A stretch of DNA of 64,000 bases from Tubulanus polymorphus (lineage: Eukaryota > Animalia > Nemertea): positions 15,659,001 through 15,723,000 of the forward strand of contig NC_134025.1 in the NCBI RefSeq assembly GCF_964204645.1. Reading direction: 5' to 3'. Below the pieces are notes generated by a model. It did not search any database. It had not been told where the DNA came from and saw only the letters and a program-made list of their open reading frames with translations. Shown here piece by piece: positions 1 to 12,429 of the stretch. Both the position numbers and the translations under genes were made by a program. Every line of letters begins with the position of its first letter. Position 1 is the stretch's first letter.

Positions 1-493
1 ACAATACGCTTTTTGTTTGAACCAAAACTTTTCTTCATTCTGACAAAAATGTTTTCGAATAAAAAGCTATGTTATTGTTGAAATGAAGAACTTTTTTCGC
101 GGCAAAGAAATTTGGTAGAGCGAAAACAACTTTTTTGGAACGAATGTTTGAATGAAAACAATTCTCTTCGATTTGACGAAATACTTAATACTTTTGGTTC
201 GGAGAAAAAACTGTTACAAAACAATATACTTGTTCGAACGAAAAACTTTATGTTTTTGACAAGAAAATTATGTTCAAATTAAAATGATTCTGTTCGATCG
301 AATGATTGTTCGAACGAAAAACCTTACGTTTGGACAAAAAAAAGTTTGTTCAACTTTGTTCTAACGATTTTTTCAAGTTGGTTCAATCGAACAGAATATT
401 ATTGATTCGAACGAAATAAATTTTGTTCCGACGAAAGGATTTTCAAGCGAAAGGTCTTATGAACGAAAAAAAAATATATTTCTGGGGCTCCGC
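1..493. repeat. Degenerate TTCGAACGAAA-rich repeat, probably the right part of a non-autonomous DNA transposon
   Basis: Recurrent ttcgaacgaaa/gttcgatcg motifs; ends in ctggggctccgca (reverse complement tgcggagcc, close to the TAYGG termini seen elsewhere in the window). Left end lies outside the window. Confidence 0.4.
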
Positions 494-503
494 AGTACCT
501 TAA

Positions 504-826
504 AGCCGGACGTAGGTCGGCCTTGCGACGCGATGCGATCCTCGCGTTGCATCACAAGTTTCGATGCAAGTCGGTTGCGATACGATTGTCAGCGACTGTG
601 TGCGACTAGTATCTGCCAGTCGCAAGAGCGCGCAGGTCGGTTGTGACTGTCGCGTCGCAGAAAGTAGAACACGCGCGACTCCTTGTGACTGGCGTTGCTG
701 AGAGTCGCAACCCGTCGCAAGGGAGCGTATGTCGATGAGTCGTTGCGACACAGTCGTCGCTGGCGGTCGTAGTGAATGACGTCGCAGTGAGTCACAAGCC
801 GTCGCAAAGCCGACCTACGTCCGGCT
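504..826. mobile_element. PIF/Harbinger-type MITE
   Basis: TIRs AGCCGGACGTAGGTCGGC(C/T)TTGCGACG at 504 and inverted ending 826; TAA on both sides (501-503, 827-829); interior rich in GTCGCA/TGCGAC. Confidence 0.8.
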
Positions 827-2196
827 TAAGTCATTAGCAATTAATGAAATACCCGTTTCATTTATGATGAAAAAACTCAAATGAAAAGTCTGGCTTATAA
901 AGTTGTCTGCTCAGACGAAATTTCCAAAAAAAAATCTTCATTTTTGCCAATAAAATTGATAATTGTGATTGATCGTTGCAAGTCAGAACCAGTTAATCAC
1001 TAATTAACATGAATATTAATAAATCCTCCTTTACAGTGAACTTAGCTTTAACCTAGTAGAAGCTACTAGCCTATGTAGGCCTATGTATATGCGTAGGCCT
1101 AACATCCGGACAGATTGGTCGTAGGCCTATTGAATAACAACCCTCCTAAATATCGTAAATTTTGTTTTGAAGTTCAATCCAATGAGTCCGTTAATAAACG
1201 CAACAATTATACTGTGTTTGTTTGAGACAGTAAAGGTCAGTTCCGGTAGGCCTAAGCCTTAAGGTCGCGTAAAACTCGATAAAATCTTCAAGTGACACAG
1301 CGAACGACCTCCTTTCCTCTACAGCCAACGCTTACTCCGAATGTCAAGTGTGAGTCCAGCATACGGATATGAGTGTGTTATATACTTGTATTTATAAATA
1401 CCTTGTGCATTTGACAATGATCCGTATGTACTGTAGGAAATATAGAGTATTGATGGTATTGATATAGAGGTTGAAGCCCGTGGCCGAATATAGTAATATA
1501 TTCTTTTATTTTGATACCTCGTCGACATAACAGCTTTTCTCCGCTATATCTCTTTGGCGTGTTTAGTTTAGGCCTACGATTCCCCGGTGCACTAAAGATT
1601 TATCTTAGTAAATTCGGTAAAGAAAAATAGGTATTGTTAAAATTACTCCTTGAAACCCGCAGCAAAATCACTGGTAGTAATAAATTAATTTGTACTTGAT
1701 TTGATTCTCATGATGAGGAGAAACTCGCAGCTGATCCCCGGAACGACGATGTAGTAACACACGTCGATTCGTCGATGTTTACGGCTCGACAGTGCTTTTA
1801 AAATCTAAAGTAGTAAATTTCCAGTGTATCGGTAATATGATTTGACGAGGAAAATGGGCTATTGTTAAAATCACTGTTTGAAGACCGCGACTGAATGTGA
1901 AGTCTGCGGCAATAAATTAGTTCATTTATACTTGAATTGATAATCGAAGTGACAATCGGCCTGCGGGTTGATTTCGGGATGACGACTCGAAAAACATGTC
2001 GCCCCATTGAATGGGGCTAAATTTTCGATGTTTACGGCCCGACAGTGCTTTTGTAACGATGATTCGTGAAAAAACACGCGGAGTATTTGTAGATCTCAGT
2101 GAGCTGAACGATATCATACGGATTGTATCGACAACAGCGGCAAGGTAACAAAGCCTATGTTCTTTTGGTAAAAATAGTGTGGAAGAAAATAATAAT

Positions 2197-4856
2197 AAAT
2201 ATAGTGGCAAAGCAGCGATAACGGGTTTTCTGGATGCATGTGATCGAAAGGAAAAATTAATTACCGGGTATTCGATGGAAAAAATAAAATGAGATGATTT
2301 GGATATTATCGGAGCAATCCTCTTTTTGGTTGAATGGCCTAACCCCAGTATAGTCCCGTGATTTGGAAATTCTCGGAGCCCTCCTTCATTTACTTACTAA
2401 ATGACGTCACAATCTGTTATTTCACCGGTGCTTGTTGTCTAACAATTCAATTCAATTCTTTATTTACAGTAACCTGATAAGTAATTTTAAGTTTCAAATA
2501 GGGTGGAAAGTACATTCAGACAATCTGTTGGTTCAGAGAGACCGTTATTACAGTATCAATTTATACATTTCGTTTCGAAGCTGTCAGTTGCCGAATCTGA
2601 ATGAAGATGAATTTTATTTGACGAAATCGGCGGAAAATATATAATAATAAATATAGCTGCAAAGCAGCGATGACGGGTTTTCTGTAAAGCCATTCAGAAT
2701 GATGGTAATTGTAGTAAATTGAAATATCGATACATAGAATAAAATGCATTGACAGATTCGAACCTAATATGCTACCACTGTGTAAACGTCAAATATGATT
2801 CAGCTTTGAAACTGAACATACGCGGACGTACAATCACAAATATTAATATAGCTGCAAAGCAGCGATAACGGGTTTTCTGGATGCATGTGATCGAAAGGAA
2901 AAATTAATTACCGGGTATTCGATGGAAAAAATAAAATGAGATGATTTGGATATTATCGGAGCAATGCTCTTTTTGGTTGAATGGTCTAACCTCAGTATAG
3001 TCCCCCGTGATTTGGAAATTCTCGGAGCCCTCCTTTATTTACTTACTAAATGACGTCACAAACTGTTATTTCGCCGGTGCTTGTTGTCTAACAATTCAAT
3101 TCAATTCTTTATTTACAGTAACCTAATAAGTAATTTTAAGTTTCAAATAGGATGGAAAGTACATTCAGACAATCTGTCGGTTCAAGGAGACGGTTATTAC
3201 AGTATCAATTTATACATTTCGTTTCGAAGCTGTCAGTTGCCGAATCTGAATGAAGATGAATTTTATTTGACGAAATCGGCGAAAAATATATAATAAATAT
3301 AGCTGCAAAGCAGCGATAACGGGTTTTCTGAGCAGGCGTGCTATTCATAATTTGAAAAGTGGATAATAGAAATATATCAATACGGGATACGCATTTGATG
3401 TCATTTGGTGTCAAGTCACACCAATGCGGTTTAACATAACATAATTCATAGTTATAGTCAAATTGGGGGTTACTCGGGTCGTTTAGTTGTCTGTGGAGTC
3501 GAGTAGATTGGTTACCCGTCTGTATCATTGGTTACGGAGACTCGTCAGCTCGATGAGTTGTATGTATTATGATTGTGCACCACCTGCATTTTCCGAAATA
3601 ATGTTCATATAATTATTTGAAGGGACGATTGAAATCAATTATCAACGTACATCTGAATATGTAATAGTCCTTAGTAACTTTCTGTTGCAGAGGGCATAGA
3701 AAAGATTTTGAAATTATTTAATTAAAATATAAATTTTATTTACGAAAAATAAACTATTATGGTCAGTACAAATTGAAAATTCATAGTATATTTTAAAGAA
3801 CAAGCTTACATAGCTTACAGAATACATCACGTACATTTGAATTTTATAAGTGATGGGTAAAAATCAACATGTGGCAGAAAGAAATGTAGTTAATTATTTA
3901 ACAATATCGAAATATGTGCTCTCTTTTTAGACTAATGGAGTGATACGCAATTAATCACATGGCCTGTATTAAAAGATAGAACATACAAGTTGGATATTTA
4001 TAAGTCGAAACATGTGAACAGAAACTAAAACTTTGATGTCAGTGACCAGTATGGAATTACACAACGACAATTGGCTTTAAACTCAACAAACATTATTAAA
4101 GAATGTTTCAAACAAAATGCTTTATATAACGACATGAATAAACTTGTTTTACAAAACAAGAAAGTACATTTTGAACTTTTGAATAATCGAATCCCATTTA
4201 TTCACAGTAACCTGTGATGTGGCGATTCTCGGATTCATCCTTCTTTATGACGTCACTAACAAGTGGTCATGGCCGTACGCGTGCACTCATTTCTTTGAAA
4301 ATCTAGCTTCCTCGCGGAGCGGGACCTGCTGAGAAATATCTTATTCCCAGTCAGCAGAGACAGGTTCTAAAGATCATAGAGTGCATCGCTGGAGGGTTGT
4401 CGATCCATATAATTGAATTTGAATTGGTGCGGTGGCGCTCTCAATGCGGAAGTTTTTGTCACTAAATGACGGCACAAACTGTTATTTTGCCGGTGCTTGT
4501 TGTCTAACAATTCAATTCAATTCTTTATTTACAGTGACCTAATAAGTAATTTTAAGTTTCAAATAGGATGGAAAGTACATTCAAACAATCTGTTGGTTCG
4601 GAGAGACCGTTATTACAGTATCAATTTATACATTTCGTTTCGAAGCTGTCAGTTGCCGAATCTGAATGAAGATATATTTTATTTGACGAAATCGGCGGAA
4701 AATATATAATAATAATAATCAACAGAATTTCAAGAGGGTTTTTGACGAAAGTTAAAAAACCCTAATAAAAATCACGTGGATATCAATAGGGTTTTCTGTG
4801 AAATAACAGAAAACCCTAATAAATATAGCTGCAAAGCAGCGATAACGGGTTTTCTG
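2197..4856. repeat. Locally duplicated non-coding modules
   Basis: A ~280-bp block recurs at ~2405, ~3055 and ~4470; motif aaatatagctgcaaagcagcgataacgggttttctg recurs at ~2197, 2648, 2845, 3295 and 4820; 2200-2680 is duplicated at 2845-3330. Confidence 0.75.
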
Positions 4857-4869
4857 CTGTCTTAGAATC

Positions 4870-5200
4870 CTGTTCATCGGTGGATTTCGACAAAGCATTT
4901 GATAAGGCACAACATCAGCCATTACTAACTAAACAGGCTATTAGGAAACAGTATCAATGATAGTTCGCCCAAATGGCTCAGCAGTTATCTCTGAACGAAA
5001 ACTTATAGCCAAAATCAACGGAACGCCTCATCTTGGAATAAGTCGGTCTAACTAGTGGAGTCACGCTAGGTAGTATCCTAAGTCGTCTACTGTTTAATGT
5101 CCTGACAAATGACATACACATTAATCCAAAATATACCGCAAATCAATTGTGACAAAGTATTGATGCGAATGACCTATTTAATTCATCGACCATGTACCGA
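4870..5200 (+). pseudogene. Degraded LINE (CR1/L2-like) reverse transcriptase fragment
   Basis: Broken frames read DFDKAFDKAQHQPLLTK, KWLSSYL and SGVTLGSILSRLLFNVLTNDI, matching the D-x-x-KAFD and SGVPQGS-LGPLLF RT motifs. Confidence 0.7.
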
Positions 5201-5573
5201 ACACTTTTATTGTGCCCCAGCATTTGGGGTCATTCTACTTGAACCCCAACATGCAATATGTCCACCAGATTCTGGTGATGATAAAGTCATTTTAATTTTT
5301 CTGCCGATATCTCAATATATCGATGTAACTAGGAAGACCTTATTTAAAATGTCGTGATTTTTATGTCGACTATTTGCGATATTGTCTCAATAAATTGCCA
5401 TACGTATCACGACATTTTAGCTAAAGGAGTGATAATTATGTCGACGGTACGTGGTTATGTTGAGATACAGACGTCGACATTGGTGAAAGGCGTGATCCGT
5501 ATAATGATTTATCGTGATATTAACACGATATATCGACTTAATTATGTCGATAAATCGCGATATATCACGTTTG

Positions 5574-5989
5574 TACGGAAGCGATAAAGGGCCTCGAGTT
5601 GTCGCGTTCCAACTCGACAAGTCGCCATATTTATGTCGATATATCGCGATATATCGCGTCAAGTCGACATAAATATGTCGACATATCGTGACGTTTTCAC
5701 GACAAATTTCGCTTTTTCGCCCATTTTCCACGGGACAAGCCGTCATTTGAAGACATGTCTAAATGTAAGATGAGGACGCCAGTGATATGACGACTGAGTT
5801 TCAAGTCGTCATGAATATGTCGACTTGTCGCGAGGAAAATGGTCGAGAAAGCGAAATATGTCGTCAAAACGTCACGATATAGCGACATATTCATGTCGAC
5901 TTGACGCGATATATCGCGGTACGTCGACATAAATATGGCGACTTGTCGAGTTGGAACGCGACAACTCGAGGCCCTTTATCGCTTCCGTA
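5574..5989. mobile_element. Non-autonomous IS3EU-like MITE with long TIRs
   Basis: Termini TACGGAAGCGATAAAGGGCCTCGAG...CTCGAGGCCCTTTATCGCTTCCGTA, TIR over 100 bp; 6-bp TSD CGTTTG (5568-5573, 5990-5995). Confidence 0.85.
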
Positions 5990-6052
5990 CGTTTGTTCGA
6001 CATAATTTCGTCGTGATAAAAGGTCGCGACGGTTTTGTACGGGTCCCATATA

Positions 6053-6477
6053 TACGGAAGTACGTAAGCGATAAAGGGCCTCGAGTTGTCGCGTTCCAAC
6101 TCGACAAAGTCGCCATATTTATGTCGACATATCGCGTTATTGGCTTCAAGTCGACATGAATATATCGACATATTGTGACGTTTTGACGACATATTTCGTT
6201 TTCGCAACAATTCGACATATTCATGACGACTTGAAACTCAGTCGCCATATTACTGGCACTCCTCATCTTACATTTCGACGTGCCTTCAAATGACGGCTTG
6301 TCCCGTGGAAAATGGGCGAAAAAGCAAAATTTTTCGTGAAAACGTCACGATATGTCGACATATTCATGTCGACTTGACGCGATATATCGCGATATGTCGA
6401 CATAAATATAGCGACTTGTCGAGTTGGAACGCGACAACTCGAGGCCCTTTATCGCTTTTGACATATAAGCTTCCGTA
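6053..6477. mobile_element. Second copy of the same MITE family, opposite orientation
   Basis: Same TIR and interior as 5574-5989 in reverse complement; small insertions near both ends; TSD not clean. Confidence 0.75.
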
Positions 6478-6985
6478 CATCTTTAGAAAAAGAAATAATA
6501 TGTGATCTTTCATACGGAAGCGATAAGGGGCCTCGAGATGTCGCGTCGACAAGTCGATGCAGATACGTCGACTTGTTTTGACGTCGCGAAAAGTGTCCTA
6601 ATTTCTTAAACGCGCTCAACCGCTGGCGCCGCATCATTCAGGACTTTCAAAGCCGGTGTCGGGTAAAGCTTCACGTGTATGCTGAGGTAAGCAAAGGCAT
6701 GCATTGGATCTTTTTAAGCTCACCCGCCCAATGGGGGCCAGGCCTCTAGTCCCCGGTTCGTGGCACTGGCCGTACTTCCACTGAGACTTATGACCAAAAC
6801 TGCGCGACGGCCCCACGCGCACGAAGGCCGGGTTCATTTGCTATACTGTTGATAAAAATATCTTTTGTCGGCAAGCATGAGGCATAAGCCTAGGCCTCTG
6901 TGATAAACTAATATTTTTTCAACCTAACCTAGCCTAGTATTCACGTGAATATTTTGGCAGGTTTTGGAATTGTGGGGTTCGAACC

Positions 6986-6990
6986 ACACA

Positions 6991-7069
<79 letters not shown>
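6986..7069. repeat. (GCAC)n(CA)n microsatellite
   Basis: Directly visible. Confidence 0.95.
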
Positions 7070-7071
<2 letters not shown>

Positions 7072-7127
7072 GCGGCGGGTTTTTGCGATCTACGTTTTGT
7101 GCCACCTTTCATTTTAGATCCAACAAA

Positions 7128-7236
7128 ATGACAACGTCAACTACGAACAAGAAGAAGGCGATACAAGTTTGGGCGCGTGACGGAAACGTGCGGAAAGGTT
7201 TTTTTGTCGAAAAATATTCACAATTGAGGGAGTTAT
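7128..7236 (+). CDS. Putative first coding exon of a second transposon gene, CIDE-N-like N-terminus
   Basis: Acceptor cattttag at 7117, CAAAATG start, MTTSTTNKKKAIQVWARDGNVRKGFFVEKYSQLREL, then donor GTGAGT at 7237; resembles the CIDE-N pattern (F)xVW..DR..RKG....L.EL. Downstream exons not identified. Confidence 0.45.
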
Positions 7237-7369
7237 GTGAGTATCCATGCCCACCACCTTCCCGTACACAGTAGGCTACGCCTATACTAAGTCTTGTATT
7301 GTGCTCGTCAGAAAAAAAAAGATTCCGGCTACTACAATCACAGGGGCTCGTATCATAAGTTTGGGGGTG

Positions 7370-7778
7370 AGTAATAGGGGTAATGGGCTTTCAAATCAAA
7401 GGTCGAACGGTCGAGCTTATTAAAAACAAAACATTAAAAGTAATTTAAAACTATAATATATTTTCATAACCGTGTGCATTTTATATTATAACTAAATATT
7501 TATTCTAAGATATTAATAATTCAAATTTTAAAAGCATATTGTATTAAATCAATTGGTCGCTCCGCTTCGCTACCGCTCCACTCCGCGACCGATTGATTTA
7601 TTTACAATACACAAATTCATATAATCAAATATATTTTAATAATAATAATTATTCTATTATTCAACTGAAATGCACACGGTTTTGAAAATATATTATAGTT
7701 TTAAATTACTTTTAATATTTGTTTTTAATGAACTCGACCATTCAACCTTTAACCTGAAAGCCCATTACCCCTATTACT
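7370..7778. repeat. Left terminal fold-back palindrome of the Polinton (409 bp)
   Basis: AGTAATAGGGGTAATGGGCTTTCA at 7370 and its inverse ending 7778; arms pair for ~110 bp, an imperfect AT region follows, then an inner stem around a CGCT(C/T)-repeat loop at ~7557-7586. Confidence 0.9.
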
Positions 7779-8010
7779 CTTAAAATAATCATATACATGA
7801 ATAACATTTAAATTGACAGATTATTCAATATAAAAGTGTAAGCTCTTATAGAATAGATATATAGATATATTTACAACATTATTTCAATATTCATATTTGT
7901 ATGAGTTAGATTTTTAAACATTAAAAGTGTCAGTAAAGTGTGATTGAAATAATTCATATATAAATCATTGAACTTCTAAAATCAATTAAAAAAAAAAAAT
8001 TAGTATTAAA

Positions 8011-11000
8011 ATGGAAGCAAATAAGTACTACTGTCCAACATGTAATATCAATATACATAAATCCCAAAAATCAAGACACAATAAAACTAAAATACATTTA
8101 GAGAATAAATTGAAATTAGAATATAAGGATGATATATTAGAAACTAAATTAGAAGAATTAAAGAATGAAAAAGAAACATATAAATGTGATACATGTAATC
8201 AATCATTCAGTGATAAAAGATATTATAAAGAACATTTAAAATCTAAAAGTCATATTGGAAATATGAACAATGATATTTTAGGTGAGGATTATTTTGATAA
8301 AGATAATGATAAGAAACAGAAGACAATTAAAAGCATAAAAAATAAATTAAACAATAGAAGACCATACATGGAAGATGTAAGAAAATATATTAATTTATTG
8401 GATAATAAAAAAGATATAGAGACAACCGAAGCATTTAAAAGTGATATTGGTCCAGCAGCTATTGAGTTTAAATTTCATAAAGGAAAAACATTAGAAGAAA
8501 ATAAAAAACATTTAGAAAATATGAAAGAAATAATAAAAATAATAACTGATGTTGAATATCCTAAAATAAGTATTTCATCAAAAGTTAAATTCATAAAATC
8601 TGAAGATAAACCAATATATAATATAAATTCTCATTCACAACATATTATTTCAAAACAATATATAGATGATAACTTAGATAAATGTTATAATGAAGTAAAA
8701 ACTAAAATAGAAGAGAAATATTTTGATGGATCTGGTTTAATATTTGATGAAATAATATTTATGACTTTACATGTTTATAACACAAAATATAATAAGTTAA
8801 CTAAATCAAAACCAATTGATGAAAATAATGTATCATATTATAAAGAACCAGATATTGAAGCATCAAGTAATATTAAACTACCATTTAAAACTAATGCTGT
8901 AATAAATGGTCAAAATTTTGATGATAAATGTTTTCTATGGGCTATAATAAGTTGTTTACATCCTGCAATTTATAATATTTGTAGATTAACTCATTATAAA
9001 CCATTTGAAAATAATTATAAGATAGATAAGTATCCTGTTAGAATTAAAAACGTCCCAAAGATAGAAAGAGATAATAATTTAAGAATAAATGATTGATTTA
9101 ATCAAATTACCAAATACAAAAGGTAACAACATAAAACATTATACATTAGAACCTTTATACCTATCAAAAGATTATGATTCAAATGATGTTATAGATATAC
9201 TATATTATGCGAATCATTATATGTGGATTAAACAAATCGATTTATTTTTTAAATCAGAAAATGATCACCATAAAATATATCTTTGTAGAAAATGTTTACA
9301 TAGATTCAGTAATGAAAGTACATTATTAAATCATAAACAATTATGTGAAAATCATGATTATTGTAAATTAGTTTTACCAAATGAAAAGGATAAAATATTA
9401 GAATTCAAAAAATATGATTACAAAAATAAAGTACCATTTGTAATATATGGAGATTTTGAATCATTAAATAAAGAATTAACTGATCAAGATAGAAAAGAAA
9501 TATATTATAAAAGAAAAAAATTAAATTCTAATGAAAATGATTTTTCAGATGAACCACCAATAACAAATACAATTAAAAAGATCAGCTGCTGCTTTCGGGT
9601 TATATATTAAATCTGATTATCCAGAACTAATTGAAAGTGAATATTATAATTACAGAAATGAAAATGTTATCAATCATTTTTGTGACTTATTAATTGAATA
9701 TGAAATAGGATTTAGTAAATTATTGAATACAAATATAGAAATTATAATGACAGAAGAAGATAAAGAAGAATTTGCGTTTGCAGATAAATGTTATTATTGT
9801 GAAAAGATATTTAATTATAAAGATAAAAAAGTAAGAGACCATGATCATTTGAATGGAAAGTTTAGAGGCGCTGCACATGAGAATTGTAACTTACAAGCTA
9901 AGAAAATCAATTTTGTACCAGTTATATTTCATAATCTATCAGGATATGATGCACATTTATTTATCAAACAGTTATGTCATAAAATAGAAGAAATTAATAA
10001 TGAAATAGAAAGATTAAATTCAAATAGATCAAAAGATAAAATACCAACTCATAAATTTAGACTGTTAGCTAAAACATCTGAGAATTATATATCATTCCAA
10101 TTTGAGTGTTTAAGATTTATAGATTCATATAGATTTTTAAATAGTTCATTAGATAACTTATCAAAATCATTAGTTGATGATGAATTAAAAATATTAAAAC
10201 AACACTACCCAAATAATGATGATTTTCAATTAATGAGATATAAAGGAGCAATTCCATATTCTTTCTATAAAAATCATAATGATTTTAACATAACTGAATT
10301 ATTGAAAGAACAATTCTATGATGAATTAAAAAATGAATATGTTAAAGATGAAGTATATAATAGAACATTGAATATTTGGAATCATTTCAAAATAGAAAAT
10401 CATGGGCAATTAGTAGATTTATATTTAAAATCAGATGTATTATTATTAACCGATATATTCGAAAGGTTTAGAGATGTAAACCTAAAATATTTCAATATTG
10501 ATCCTTGTCATTGTTATTCTAGCCCAGGTTTAACATGGGATTGTGGATTAAAATTAACAGATATAAAAATGGATTTGTTAACAAATATAGATCAATTATT
10601 ATTATTTGAAAAATCTATAAGAGGAGGAGTTTCAGGTGTATTAGGTGATAGATATTTCAATGTAAATGATAACCCTGGATATAAGTTATTATATATAGAT
10701 GCAAATAATTTGTATGGTTGGGCAATGATGGAACCACAACCTTATGGAGTATTTGAATTAACTGAAGTTTTACAGAATGAAAATAATGATACATTTGATT
10801 GGAAGAAAAGAATCCTAGATATTGCAGATGATTCAGATACTGGTTACTTCTTTCTTGTAGATTTAGAATATCCTGAACATATTAAATTTAAATCTAGAAA
10901 TCTAGCATACTGTCCAGAACATAAAACTGTTACTCATGAAGAATTATCAAATTATCAAAAAAGAATTAAACCCGAAAATCTTATTCATACAGAAAAGTTA

Positions 11001-12104
11001 ATGGTAACTCAAGAAGATAAATATACTTATGTAGTACATTATAGAATGTTAAAGTTTTATCTAAAACAAGGAATGGTTCTAAAAAAAGTACATAGATATA
11101 TTTCATTTAGTCAATCTAAGTGGTTAGAAAAATATATAGATTTTAACACCAAACAGAGAACTGAAGCTAAAACTGATTTCGAGAAAGATTTCTTCAAGTT
11201 AATGAATAATGCATTCTATGGTAAGACTTGTGAAAATATTAGTTATAATGATATTGAGTTAGTTAGTAATGGTAAAAGAATTAGACATTTACAAGTATAT
11301 CCTAAGTTCATTGGTAACAGAATATTTGATGAAAATTTAGCCGCAGTTAAAATGAGAAGAACATCCATGAAATTTAATAAACCAATCTATGTTGGCGCTT
11401 CAGTTTTAGAATTATCAAAATTACTAATGTATGAATTCTATTATAATGTATTACAACCACTTTTTGGAGAAATACATATAGAAATATTATATTTTGATAC
11501 AGATGCTTACATATTAAAGATAAAAACTAATAACATAACTGATGATTTAAAAACATTAAAACATCATTTTGATTTCAGTAACTATCCTAGAAATCATGAA
11601 TTGTTTAGCAATGATAATAAAAAAGTTCCCGGTAAATTCAAAGATGAATTAGGTGGTGAAGAAATGATTGAATTCATCGGTATTAGATCTAAAATGTATT
11701 CATATAAAACTTAAGAACATGAAGCTAAAAAGTTAAAAGGAATAACCAAAAGTGTAGTAGAAAAGAATATTAATTTCAAAGATTACATCAATTGTATATT
11801 CAATGAAGAAGTTAGAAAACATAAGATGAAATGTTTAAGATCTGAAGATCATGAAATGTTTATTGAAGAAATTGAAAAGATAAGTCTAAACCCATTTGAT
11901 GGTAAAAGATATATTTTAGATGATGGAATTCATACAGTTGCTTATGGTTGCAATTTAGATGAATACTTAAAATTTAAAAGAGAAGAAACAAAAGAGAACG
12001 AGATAATGAAAAGAATTCTAACGTGTTCATCAAATTTTAATAAAAATATGTATTATAAATGGAGAGTAAACAAACACACAGTGAGAACAATAAATCATTT
12101 CTAG
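8011..12104 (+). pseudogene. polB: Protein-primed family B DNA polymerase (pPolB) with N-terminal C2H2 fingers and endonuclease VII-like insert; disrupted
   Basis: Exo motifs [23 protein letters not shown]; polymerase motifs [34 protein letters not shown]; CYYC...[20 protein letters not shown]. Frameshifts near 9090 and 9580, premature TAA at 11712. Confidence 0.93.
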
Positions 12105-12412
12105 ATAGAATAAAAGATACTTCAAATGTCAAATCAGTAGATTATAAATTTAAGAAGTTAAAAGAATTAATAATCCATAAGAAATATCTAATTACAAATA
12201 TTGATACAGTAACTAACAAATATGGAGATAAATTAGTTATACACGTAGAATATGAAGGATTAAAAGGAAATACATATAAATTCAGAACATATTTACCGGA
12301 TAGATTTCATAGATTATCAAGTGAAGACTTAGAAGAATTATGTTCTGGTTGTTTCTATTTCGTATACAAAGGTAAGAATGAAAAAGGGCACCATGAAATA
12401 GATTTCGAATAA
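12059..12412 (+). CDS. Small viral protein, possibly OB-fold ssDNA-binding protein
   Basis: Intact 117-aa beta-rich ORF directly after pPolB (KLKEL...TNKYG...YLPDRF...FVYKG). SSB function is inferred. Confidence 0.45.
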   Translation: MESKQTHSENNKSFLDRIKDTSNVKSVDYKFKKLKELIIHKKYLITNIDTVTNKYGDKLVIHVEYEGLKGNTYKFRTYLPDRFHRLSSEDLEELCSGCFYFVYKGKNEKGHHEIDFE

Positions 12413-12429
12413 GAAAATATGTAAAATAA

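Noticed and set aside
2432-4709. Three near-identical 70-aa ORFs as a gene family
   Set aside because: TTG starts, no domain, and they coincide with a duplicated non-coding block.
5354-6637. Overlapping short ORFs (MSTYRDISRQVD...), also at 27187-27914 and 32735-33353
   Set aside because: By-products of the GTCGAC-rich MITE/TIR repeats.
9089-11714. Programmed frameshifts or alternative genetic code in the Polinton genes
   Set aside because: Lesions are heterogeneous (indels, TAA, TAG, lost ATG) and spread over most core genes, consistent with neutral decay.
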